This document shows, in pieces, positions 9,229 through 18,250 of a stretch of DNA of 64,000 nucleotides. Origin of the DNA: Candidatus Latescibacterota bacterium. GTDB taxonomy: Bacteria > Latescibacterota > UBA2968 > UBA8231. The stretch is from assembly GCA_965208105.1 (NCBI GenBank), contig OZ242318.1:4576001-4640000 (forward strand). Reading direction: 5' to 3'. The first letter of the stretch is position 1; the number at the start of each line of letters is the position of its first letter. The notes under the pieces were generated by a model. It searched no databases. It was not told where the DNA came from and saw nothing but the letters and a program-made list of their open reading frames with translations. The translations under genes and the position numbers were made by a program.

Positions 9229-9271
9229 CGGAGATGGGGTTGGACCGGTGAATCGGTCTTTTCCCCACGCC

Positions 9272-10654
9272 ATGCGTACTCAATTTCACAGCCGCAGTCG
9301 TCTGTTCAAGTTCATCCTCCTGGCGGGGCTGCTGCACCTGCTGCTTATCGTCGCGATTGGGGTGCGCACGATATATGATGTCAAAGAGCCCACCATGTCG
9401 GGAAAGTTTGTCAAACGCCGGCCGCTGCAGCAGCCGGTTTTGCGGCGCCCTCTGCTTCAACCTTCCCCCGAGCGCCGGCTGGAGCGCATTGTGGAGGCGC
9501 CCCGCGCTTACTCCAGGGCCGTGGTCCAGCGAGCATTGAGCCCGGTTTCCCCCCGGTTGCTGTCGAGCCGCCATGTGCTGCCCTCGCTTCCTCCCAGACC
9601 CCTGCGACCGTCCGGCAGTTTTCGCGGCAGCGGCCGCCTGCGGTCCACGGCGGCCGGGATCGAGATTCAGGCGGAGGACCACATGGACCTGGGTCTGGAA
9701 CTGCTGGACGTGGACGCCTTCGATACGGGGCGTTATCGCGCCCTGGTGGTGCAGGACCCCATGGACAAGCGCAAGCTGCAGGGTTTCGTGCGCTTCACCG
9801 CGGTGGAGATCCGTTCCGCCTCGGAGAATCTGGCGGATCTCTTTTGGGGCATGCCCATAGCCGCGGCACGCAGTATCGATCGAGGTAGCGTGTACTGGCC
9901 GGATTGGCGCCATTCGGCGAATGTTCGGGCGCTGCACAGCCTGGCGATGGAGTTGGAGGCGGAGACCGGGTTGAGCGCCGTGGTGGACGAGAACATCACA
10001 CTGGACGCTCCGGAGGTGCTGACCAGTCCATTCATTATGCTGACCAGCCTTGTGGAATTCGAGCCGACGGAAACCGAGGTCGCCAAGCTGGGGCGCTATC
10101 TGACCTCGGGTGGTTTTGCCTACGTGGAGCAGGTTGGCTCGGACTCCCATGGACGGCAGAGCGGGACCTTTCCGGAGATCATTTCCTTGCGTTCCCTGGT
10201 GCGCCGTGCCCTGGCCTCCCAAGGGCTGGGCGAAGGCGGCGACTGGAGCTTCGAACCGCTGTCGATGGACCATCCCCTCTTCCACTGTTACTATGACATC
10301 GACACCCTGCCCCTCAACTTTTGGCAAGCGACTTACGTCGACCGGGAGGGGCAAACCGAGCGGTATGGCCAAAGTCGATATCCCACGGACGAGTACATCC
10401 CTCGCTATATCGAGGGAATTCACCTGAACGGCAGGCTGGTGCTGGTGTATTCGCAGCAGAACTATCGCGATTTCTGGTCGAAACGTCCGGAGCGAACGCT
10501 GACCGAGGCGTCAGAACACTTTCTGGCCAATTGGAATCAGGTGCCCTTCCATCGACCGAGCAGCATTCCGGCGATCCGCCTCGGCATCAACGTGATGGTC
10601 TACGCTCTGACCCAGGAAGGCTCCTTGGCCAGGCACCTGGTCATGGGGAGGTGA
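9272..10654 (+). CDS. DUF4159-domain protein D2 (paralog of D1)
   Basis: Same architecture and length (460 aa) as D1; start assigned by homology. Confidence 0.85.
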   Translation: MRTQFHSRSRLFKFILLAGLLHLLLIVAIGVRTIYDVKEPTMSGKFVKRRPLQQPVLRRPLLQPSPERRLERIVEAPRAYSRAVVQRALSPVSPRLLSSRHVLPSLPPRPLRPSGSFRGSGRLRSTAAGIEIQAEDHMDLGLELLDVDAFDTGRYRALVVQDPMDKRKLQGFVRFTAVEIRSASENLADLFWGMPIAAARSIDRGSVYWPDWRHSANVRALHSLAMELEAETGLSAVVDENITLDAPEVLTSPFIMLTSLVEFEPTETEVAKLGRYLTSGGFAYVEQVGSDSHGRQSGTFPEIISLRSLVRRALASQGLGEGGDWSFEPLSMDHPLFHCYYDIDTLPLNFWQATYVDREGQTERYGQSRYPTDEYIPRYIEGIHLNGRLVLVYSQQNYRDFWSKRPERTLTEASEHFLANWNQVPFHRPSSIPAIRLGINVMVYALTQEGSLARHLVMGR

Positions 10655-10701
10655 GCTATCAGCCCGGGTGGCAGGCTATTTCTCAATGGGTGTGCTTTGA
10701 G

Positions 10702-12423
10702 ATGAGAAGTAGATTTTCGGGTTCGTATATCTCGAGCAGATCAAGCTATGGAATTTTTCTCGTTGCGGCCTCGGTTTCCTTTTTGTTGGCCCAACCCTCA
10801 CTCGCGCAAGAATGGCTGAGTGAGGGAGAGGAAGGGTTTCTCCCTGGCAAGCTCGACGGACTGGAGATAACCAACGATGGGGATCTTCGCCTGACATCCT
10901 TCGAGGGGGTCAACTTCGCCCTGGGGATCGACACCTATTCCAATGGTACGGCCCTGGGGGCCGCGCTCACCGACGGAAACCTCGCCACCGAGTGGGATTT
11001 CGACGAGGATCCAAAGGTAGTCGGCAAGACCATCGACATCGATCTGGGCGGCAACCGGCTCGTCAACCAGGTGCGCATCTTGCCCGGCTCCGGGGCCGGT
11101 GCCGATAACCCGGAGTATTTCGTCAAAGGATACCGGGTCGAGATGGCCCCTGAAGAGGCGCCTGATGCGTTCGGTGTGGTGGCGGACAACCATGTCAATC
11201 GAGTCCCCCTGGTAGATACGAGCGCCGACGGTACCTGGCTGCGCTACGAAGACGGTGCTCCGGTTGCCACACTGGGAAGATACCTCCGGGTCACCATCAC
11301 ACGGCAGGATCTGCCCAATTGGGTGATCATCGGCGAGGTGGAAGTGTTCGGCACCGGGTTTCATGCCCGCGGCCAGTACTTGTCGGCCCTTCACGACTTC
11401 GGTGAACGGGTCAACGTTGGCGCCGGGTTTTTCCAAGCCGAGACCCCGCCTGGAACCCGGATGCACTTGCAGTTTCGAGCCGGTGTTGACCAGGACTACC
11501 TGCCGAGGTGGGATGATTTTCCCTTTTACGGCGTGGATGAGGGCAAGCGGGGTGTCTTTTTCCCTGTCCGCGATCCCTCCCGGTACATCCAGTACCGAGC
11601 CCTGCTGGAGACGGAGAATCCGTTCATCTCACCTGAGCTTAGCGAGGTGCGGGTGCAGTTCGACCCCCGGCTCGTTGCCCGGTCAGCCACCGGCAGAATC
11701 GATCCGCGTGAAGTGCCTGTGGGAGAGCCGGTGAGTCTCACCTACACTGCCGAGATTTATCTGGGCTCGGAGAACTACCCTCTGGACCTTTTGATCCTGG
11801 ACCGGCCTGGGAAGCTGGAAGAGATCTCCATGAGGTTGGCTGTGGTTCCTCCTGAGAAATACAGGACGCTGACGCCGCATGGTTCGCTGCAGGAAGACAA
11901 TCTGATCATCCAGCTCGACCCCGATCTCATCCGTTCAAGCGTCAGACAATTGGAAATTGTTTTCACCACCGTCTTCTTCATGGGCACCGAGGAAGTGAAT
12001 TTGTTCCTCGGGTCTTCGCTAGAAGGTTCCGACCCTGAAAACCTGCAGAAGGTCGCACCGCGGATAAAGGACGGCACGTTAGTGACCGTACTGGGTGCAG
12101 TCGACGAGCTTGTGCCTTCCGCCAGCGTGGCGATCCGGCCGCGGGTGTTCAGGCCGGACCGCGGCGGCGCTACGCGCATCGAGTTCGATCTGACCAAGGT
12201 ACTCGTGCCGGTGCCCGTGACGGTTACCATTCACGAGTTGTCCGGCCGCCGGGTTAGCACCGTGGTCGATCGCGAGATGTTGGCAGCTGGTGAGATCTCC
12301 ATCTCCTGGGACGGCTTCGACGACCACCGCGGGGTTCTCGCACCAGGGATCTACATGTGCAGGATCCGGGTCCACGCCCAGGAATCCGCGACCCTCGTTC
12401 GTTTCCTGGGCATCGCCTATTGA
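10702..12423 (+). CDS. Secreted protein with a discoidin/F5-8-like domain and a C-terminal FlgD Ig-like domain
   Basis: Signal peptide ending SLA-Q; ALTDGNLATEW...IDIDLGG...GRYLRVTI...IGEVEVFG (discoidin-like); C-terminal IHELSGRRV...ISWDGFDDHRGVLAPGIYMCRI (FlgD-Ig). Start uncertain. Confidence 0.75.
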   Translation: MRSRFSGSYISSRSSYGIFLVAASVSFLLAQPSLAQEWLSEGEEGFLPGKLDGLEITNDGDLRLTSFEGVNFALGIDTYSNGTALGAALTDGNLATEWDFDEDPKVVGKTIDIDLGGNRLVNQVRILPGSGAGADNPEYFVKGYRVEMAPEEAPDAFGVVADNHVNRVPLVDTSADGTWLRYEDGAPVATLGRYLRVTITRQDLPNWVIIGEVEVFGTGFHARGQYLSALHDFGERVNVGAGFFQAETPPGTRMHLQFRAGVDQDYLPRWDDFPFYGVDEGKRGVFFPVRDPSRYIQYRALLETENPFISPELSEVRVQFDPRLVARSATGRIDPREVPVGEPVSLTYTAEIYLGSENYPLDLLILDRPGKLEEISMRLAVVPPEKYRTLTPHGSLQEDNLIIQLDPDLIRSSVRQLEIVFTTVFFMGTEEVNLFLGSSLEGSDPENLQKVAPRIKDGTLVTVLGAVDELVPSASVAIRPRVFRPDRGGATRIEFDLTKVLVPVPVTVTIHELSGRRVSTVVDREMLAAGEISISWDGFDDHRGVLAPGIYMCRIRVHAQESATLVRFLGIAY

Positions 12424-12436
12424 CGCGAGGCGCAAT

Positions 12437-15067
12437 GTGAAACGGGTTGTTCTACCCTTGTTGCTCTTCGGCTTGTCCGCCGGTGCTTTCGCCTCGGAGA
12501 AAGACTATGGTGTTTTACTCCAGCGACCCGCGATGAAAGCCTACCGCAACTACGCCGAATACTCCTACCGGAATTACCGCTCCGCTCTCCGCGTAAACCC
12601 GCGCTACAGCTTTCTGGGCGATTTTCTTGCCGAAGGATTTCGCGCTTTCAGACTCGACGACCAGCGTCCCGGCAGGAGTCTCCTCTCCAAGGACGGGGTC
12701 TACCGGGGCATGTTCGGAAACCTGCTCATTGCGCGCAACTCCTACGGGCGCCTCAACCTGGCCCTGACCGTCGGCGACGATGTGCGCACCCACCTGACCC
12801 CCCTGACCATGCAGCGGGCCAGTTTCAATGGTCTGCGCTGGGAGATCGAGTTCGCCAACAACCGGGTAACCCTGCTCAGCACTCGCGGCTACGACAACTC
12901 GGAGTTTCCGGCTTTCCCCAGCTTTTCTACTCCCATCGATGACAATTTCACCGACTTCCGGGGAGATCTGGAGCAGGAGTTCATTATCGAGGAAGACGAT
13001 CCGGTCTACACTTTCGGGGGCCACTGGGAAACCCAGGCGGGGGACGTGCTGACCCTGGGGATGACCTTTCTCAACCAGCAGCAGATCAACACCGGGGCGC
13101 TGCGCCAGGACAGCTTTGTGGCCGGCAGCGTGCCCTATCCCGAGATGTTGTCGCCTGAGAAACTGATGCTGCGCATCACCGACGACTCCCCCGGCAGTAG
13201 GGACCATGGCGCCACCATATTTACCGCCTTTCTGGAAATGGAGGGGAGCGTGGGTGGAGAGAACACCACGATCAGCAGCGATCCTCGCAGCCCCCATTTC
13301 GACGAATCGCTGCAGCCAAAGACGGAAGGGGTGGTGAAGGAGAATGGAAGGTGGGACATTCGCGGCGACGAGGAACTTATAATTACTTTCGAGCTGCCGG
13401 AAGGCAGCACCTCCAGGCGCGCCCGCTTCATCGTGTCCGCGGCCAACGACTATCGCATCGCCGCGGCGCAGGAGCACATATTCTATCTGGACTTAAGCTC
13501 GCGCACGACTCCCTTCATGACCCTGCGCCGCGCCTCAGGCGAGGTGAGCGACGGCTCCAACTTCCGGGAGCTGGTGATCGACTACGGTCTCAACAGCGGC
13601 CAGATCCTCTACGGTATGGACTTCGCCGCCGACCTGGCGGGCCTCAAGCTGCGCGGCGAGGTGTCGAAAAACACCCTCTACCGCAAGTACCCGATCATAT
13701 CCGGCCGCAGCCTGCGCCGCGATACCGGGGCCTGGTACCTGCAGGCGGTAAGGACCTTTCCGCGCCTGCGCCGGCTTTCCCTGGGCGCCGAGTTCTTCCA
13801 CGTCGGCCCGCGCTACGGCGGCGGCTACGACAGCCGCCGCGGCGGTGTGGTGCTCTACACGGATTTTGGCGGGGAGGGCATCGATCCTGTAACGGCCGAG
13901 TTTCCCCTGGTGGACGACAACGACGACAACGACCGCTACTCCGACGACAACAAAAACGATTTTCCCGGGTCCTTCGACCTGGAGTCGGGGGTCTACCCGG
14001 GGCTCGACGAAGACAACGACAACATCCCCGACGACGACCGCAACGCCAACGGCATTCCCGATTTCGAGGAGCCCTTTCTGCTCTACCATTCCGACCCCCA
14101 GGAGTTCGTCTATGGCCTGGATTTGAACAACAACGGGGTCATCGACGTGCGCGAGAACGACAACAAGCCCGACTATCCCTACGACCGCGACCGCCGCGGC
14201 CGCCACTACACCGTGGCCGCGCAGCCTTTGCCGCAGCTGGAGGTGGGGGCGGGTCACTACCGCATCCGCGCGTTGGCCGACCCCGGGCGCACCGTCTCCA
14301 CCTACCTGCGCGCCGCCTACTCTTACGCCCACCCCGAGAAGCTGGAGATCGAGCTCAACCACGACTCCAAGCGGGTCAGGGACACTATTCCCGATTCGGT
14401 CTACGTCTTCGATCCGGCCCGCATCGTGACGCCCCTGGAACCGCCGGACCCCGATCCCCTGCTGCAACAGAACAGTTGGGTGCACACCTCCTTTGCCGGG
14501 GTGCGCTGGAGCCGCTGGGCGCCGCTCTACCTGGAGGCCAATTTCAAACAGGTCCTCAACCGCCTGTTCGACCTGGGCCACACGCGGGTGTCGGAGCGCG
14601 ACCGCCGGGTGACCCGGACCATGGTCAACAAGGTGGACTACCGGATGGAGTGGGGCCGCTTCACGGTGATGCCCATGTACAAGCGCCTGTGGCGCCGGGT
14701 GGATCTGGACTCCCGGGAGGGTGCGGCGGTGTGGGAGGTGCAGTCGGCGCCGATGCTGCGGGTGGACTACCGGGTGAGCGGAGACATGAAGGTGCAGATG
14801 GGCCAGCAGGGGCTGCGGCTTCCCTTTGCGGGCATGGACCGTGTGCTGGCGTTTCACCTGGACGACCAGGTGCGGCGCTATCGCAGCTACACCTCCACCG
14901 ACTTCATGTTCATGCTCACGTTGAAGGGCAGCTACCTGGGCAACGTGCTGACGACCAACTCGGGGATTCAACTGCACAGCCGCCGGTTCGACCAGATCGG
15001 GGCGGGGTCGGATCTCAAGTTCACCCGCTTCTTCGTGGAAGTGGTGGCCGGATTCGAGCATTTCTGA
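12437..15067 (+). CDS. Large exported protein, putative outer-membrane beta-barrel with Dx[DN]xDG/TSP3-like Ca-binding loops (paralog A)
   Basis: Signal peptide AFA-S; DDNDDNDRYSD, DEDNDNIPDDDRNANGIPDF and DLNNNGVID motifs; amphipathic strands; C-terminal FTRFFVEVVAGFEHF ending in Phe. Confidence 0.65.
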   Translation: MKRVVLPLLLFGLSAGAFASEKDYGVLLQRPAMKAYRNYAEYSYRNYRSALRVNPRYSFLGDFLAEGFRAFRLDDQRPGRSLLSKDGVYRGMFGNLLIARNSYGRLNLALTVGDDVRTHLTPLTMQRASFNGLRWEIEFANNRVTLLSTRGYDNSEFPAFPSFSTPIDDNFTDFRGDLEQEFIIEEDDPVYTFGGHWETQAGDVLTLGMTFLNQQQINTGALRQDSFVAGSVPYPEMLSPEKLMLRITDDSPGSRDHGATIFTAFLEMEGSVGGENTTISSDPRSPHFDESLQPKTEGVVKENGRWDIRGDEELIITFELPEGSTSRRARFIVSAANDYRIAAAQEHIFYLDLSSRTTPFMTLRRASGEVSDGSNFRELVIDYGLNSGQILYGMDFAADLAGLKLRGEVSKNTLYRKYPIISGRSLRRDTGAWYLQAVRTFPRLRRLSLGAEFFHVGPRYGGGYDSRRGGVVLYTDFGGEGIDPVTAEFPLVDDNDDNDRYSDDNKNDFPGSFDLESGVYPGLDEDNDNIPDDDRNANGIPDFEEPFLLYHSDPQEFVYGLDLNNNGVIDVRENDNKPDYPYDRDRRGRHYTVAAQPLPQLEVGAGHYRIRALADPGRTVSTYLRAAYSYAHPEKLEIELNHDSKRVRDTIPDSVYVFDPARIVTPLEPPDPDPLLQQNSWVHTSFAGVRWSRWAPLYLEANFKQVLNRLFDLGHTRVSERDRRVTRTMVNKVDYRMEWGRFTVMPMYKRLWRRVDLDSREGAAVWEVQSAPMLRVDYRVSGDMKVQMGQQGLRLPFAGMDRVLAFHLDDQVRRYRSYTSTDFMFMLTLKGSYLGNVLTTNSGIQLHSRRFDQIGAGSDLKFTRFFVEVVAGFEHF

Positions 15068-15082
15068 GCGGAGCGTTCTTCC

Positions 15083-18000
15083 ATGACTCTCATAGCCATG
15101 TTTTCGGTTTTCCTGGTAACCGTCGGGGTCAGCCTCCTGGAGGACTCGCCGCGGGAGCTGGGCAACCGCTTCAAGCGCGCCCAAAAATTAATGGTGATGG
15201 GGGACTTCGACACTTCCATCGCCGCCTACGAGCAGCTCATGGAGACCCCCGGCTCGGCCCTGCTGCGAGCGGACCGGGTGGAGGTAGAGGTGGGTGAGGA
15301 GGTGCTGCCCCTCAAGGTGGCCGCCGCCTACCAGGTGGCCAGCAGCTACCGCCGCCGGGCAGAGGAGCAGTTGCAGGTCTACCGGGACAGCGCCGTTGTG
15401 CCCCGGTTCGAGGACCTGCACACCGCGGCCCGTTTCTACCGGATCCTGGCGGACGAGGAGAGCACCCCTGAAACTCTGCGCCAGCGGGCCGCTTTTCAGG
15501 TGGGCAGTTGCTATTTCAAGAACCAGGATTACGTCGAGGCCATAGCCGCATTCGACTGGTTCGTCCAGGCGTTTCCTTCCAGCGAGTACCGTCTCCAGGC
15601 GAGCTACCACACCGCCTGGGCCCTCTTCCACACCGAGCAATGGGAACGGGCGGGGGCGGAGTTTCGCGCCGTGGCCTCCCAGGTCCCAGGCACCGACCGG
15701 GGTCTCAGGTCCCTGTTCCAGTCGGGAGAAGCCGAGGAAAGAATGGGTCGTTTCGAGCGCTCGGTGCGGGCTTTTGAGGAGATCGCCGCCTTTTACGACG
15801 AGGGCGAGTACGGAGCGGGCCTCCGCCGCGACGAGCTCATGCGCGCCCTGCGCGAAAAGCTCCCGGTCACTCGCCGCGAGCTCATCGGCAAGGGGCACAT
15901 GCGCACCGGGGACGCCTATCGCCATCTCGACTCCCTCGCCGCCGCTGCGCACTGGTACCGGCTGACCGCGCGCCGATTTCCCACCGACGCGCAACTGCTC
16001 AAGGACGCCTATCTGCGCCTGGCCGAGATGGATGCCGACGCCGGGCGCGTGGACGAGGCCCTGGCGGCCTACCGCACCGCCCTGGAGGAGGTGATGGATC
16101 CATTCTTCCGCGCCCTGGTCCAGGCCGAGATGATGGCTCTGGCCTTCGCATCGGAGCGCTATCTCGAAGCCGCGCAGATGTATGGATTCTACATAGATGC
16201 CTTCGGCTCCTATGCCGAAGAGGTAGGCGTTCCCGTCGACCGGGCACGACTGCTCAAGGCGGAGTCCCTGCGCCTCGCCGCCCAGGATACGGCAGACCCG
16301 GCCTCCTCCGACTCCCTCCACGCACGCTCTCTTGAAGTCTATCACGGCCTGTTGCAGAGCACCCGGGTGGACAGCCTGGCGGCAGAGGCGTTGCTGGGTG
16401 CCGGAATCTGCCTGCAAAGTCTCGACCGTCCCGGCGCCGCGCGAGAGCACTACGAGAGGCTCACCGGCGAATACGGCGCAACCCGGGTGGCCATGTGGGG
16501 AAGGCTGCACCTGGCGCGCCTCTATGCCGAGGAAGGAGCCAGGGCCAAGGCGCTGCGCCACTACGAGGACCTGGCGGCCGGCGGCGACGGGGAGCTGCGC
16601 GACCTCGCTCGCATGGAGCTGGCCGTGCTTCTGGAGGGGGAGGGGCAGAGCGACCGGGCCTTGGAGCTGCTTTCCCGGATAGGGCCCGAGTCCGCGGAGT
16701 TCGGCCGCGCTCAGATGGTATTGGCCCGCCTGCTCACTGTCCGCGAGCGTTGGGCCGAGGCGCGCCGGGTGGTCCACCACGCCCTCGACCGGGCCGTGGA
16801 CCCGTCGGTCCGGGCCCAGTTGAGCTACTCCCGTGCCGAAATCGCCTTCGAGGCAGCCCAGTACGACTCGGTAATCCGCATCCTGGCCGCATTGGATACC
16901 ACCCGGCTGCAGCAGCCTTTTGACCACGACCGCCTCTACCTGCGCGGCGTCGCGCGCTACCAGACCGGAGCATACGCCCGGGCATTGGACGACCTTCGCG
17001 CCTACCTTGCCGGTGATGCGGCGCTGCGGGCGCAGACCATTCAGACCATCGCCCTGTGCCTGGGGCAACTGCTGGAGGCGGAGCAGGCCGCGGAGCAACT
17101 GGTCCGGTGGGGCGCCGAGGCGACGGACCCCGGTGAGGGCGGCGAATGGACCATGGGCCTGGCGCGGTTTCTCCACCGCCGGAAAGACTACGACCGCGCC
17201 CTCGAGGTGCTGCAGGGGCTGGATAGCGAAAACGACCTCCAGGCCCACCGCGCCCGCCTCGTGGAGGGCGAAATTCTGCTGGCGCAGCAACGCTGGGACG
17301 CCGCTCGCACGGTCCTGGCGCAGATCCAACCCGACCCCCTCTCGCCCGGCGACCGCTCGCACCGCCTCTACCTGATGGGGATCGCCGCCATGAACGGGGA
17401 GGACTACGAGGGGGCGGTTTTCAGCTTTCAGGCCTTGCTGGCGCTCCGCACTCAGGGCGATCTTTCCCGCCAGGCCGCCCTCTACCTTGGCCAGAGTTAC
17501 TACACCCTGGGAAAGTACCCCCGCGCCGCTGCGGTCTTCGAGGATCTTGCGGAGCGCTTTCCTGCTCACCCGGACGGCCACGAAGCGGCCTACCTGGCCG
17601 GGGACAACTATTACCTGCTCGGGGACTACGAGCGGGCATCCCGGGCCTACCAGAGAGTACTTCTGGGCCCGCGCCTTCCCGAGGCTATGCTCGCCCTGGC
17701 CTGGTGCCATCTGCACAGAGAGGACGCCGCGGCCATGGAGCAGGCCCTGAAACTCCTGCAGGAGCGCTTCCCCCAAAGTCCTCTGGCCCCTCGGGCGGCC
17801 ATGATGTTCGCCGATTACCACTACAACCGCGCAGACTACAAGCGCGCCAGCCAGGCCTACGAGAGCCTGAGGCGGCGCTATCCCCAAAGCCCGGAAGCCG
17901 GGCGCTCGTCGCGGCTGCTGGTGGATCTGGCCGACCTGGAAGCCGATCGCCTCTACCAGGAGGCCATGGCCGCCTTCGACGGCGGCGACTACGAGGGCGC

Positions 18001-18223
18001 CCGTCGGCAGCTGGAGGCGGTGGCGCAGCGTTTTCCCGGCACCCTGTCGGAGATGGCGGCGCGCTGCAACATCGGGGTGTGCTACGAGAAGACGGGACAG
18101 TGGCGCCGGGCCGCCGCCGTCTACGACAGCCTGCTGCAGAGGGGGGAGGCCGATCCGCAGTACGGCGCCATGCTGCGCTTTGCGCGGGAGCACCGCGACT
18201 GGATTCGCGACTACCGACTCTAA
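15083..18223 (+). CDS. Large tetratricopeptide-repeat protein (CpoB/BamD-like repeats), 1046 aa
   Basis: N-terminal hydrophobic segment; many TPR units such as AALYLGQSYYTLGKYPRAAAVFEDLAERFP. Confidence 0.9.
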   Translation: MTLIAMFSVFLVTVGVSLLEDSPRELGNRFKRAQKLMVMGDFDTSIAAYEQLMETPGSALLRADRVEVEVGEEVLPLKVAAAYQVASSYRRRAEEQLQVYRDSAVVPRFEDLHTAARFYRILADEESTPETLRQRAAFQVGSCYFKNQDYVEAIAAFDWFVQAFPSSEYRLQASYHTAWALFHTEQWERAGAEFRAVASQVPGTDRGLRSLFQSGEAEERMGRFERSVRAFEEIAAFYDEGEYGAGLRRDELMRALREKLPVTRRELIGKGHMRTGDAYRHLDSLAAAAHWYRLTARRFPTDAQLLKDAYLRLAEMDADAGRVDEALAAYRTALEEVMDPFFRALVQAEMMALAFASERYLEAAQMYGFYIDAFGSYAEEVGVPVDRARLLKAESLRLAAQDTADPASSDSLHARSLEVYHGLLQSTRVDSLAAEALLGAGICLQSLDRPGAAREHYERLTGEYGATRVAMWGRLHLARLYAEEGARAKALRHYEDLAAGGDGELRDLARMELAVLLEGEGQSDRALELLSRIGPESAEFGRAQMVLARLLTVRERWAEARRVVHHALDRAVDPSVRAQLSYSRAEIAFEAAQYDSVIRILAALDTTRLQQPFDHDRLYLRGVARYQTGAYARALDDLRAYLAGDAALRAQTIQTIALCLGQLLEAEQAAEQLVRWGAEATDPGEGGEWTMGLARFLHRRKDYDRALEVLQGLDSENDLQAHRARLVEGEILLAQQRWDAARTVLAQIQPDPLSPGDRSHRLYLMGIAAMNGEDYEGAVFSFQALLALRTQGDLSRQAALYLGQSYYTLGKYPRAAAVFEDLAERFPAHPDGHEAAYLAGDNYYLLGDYERASRAYQRVLLGPRLPEAMLALAWCHLHREDAAAMEQALKLLQERFPQSPLAPRAAMMFADYHYNRADYKRASQAYESLRRRYPQSPEAGRSSRLLVDLADLEADRLYQEAMAAFDGGDYEGARRQLEAVAQRFPGTLSEMAARCNIGVCYEKTGQWRRAAAVYDSLLQRGEADPQYGAMLRFAREHRDWIRDYRL

Positions 18224-18250
18224 CCCGCCGATCAGGCGAGGAGATACTTC

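Noticed and set aside
3993-9260. Shufflon or CRISPR interpretation of the repeats
   Set aside because: All copies are direct, gene-length and coding, with no recombinase nearby and no short repeat-spacer periodicity.
13910-14190. GAC/AAC-rich low-complexity DNA (also at about 21980-22260 and 45170-45440)
   Set aside because: Explained by Asp/Asn-rich Ca-binding protein motifs, not a DNA tandem repeat.
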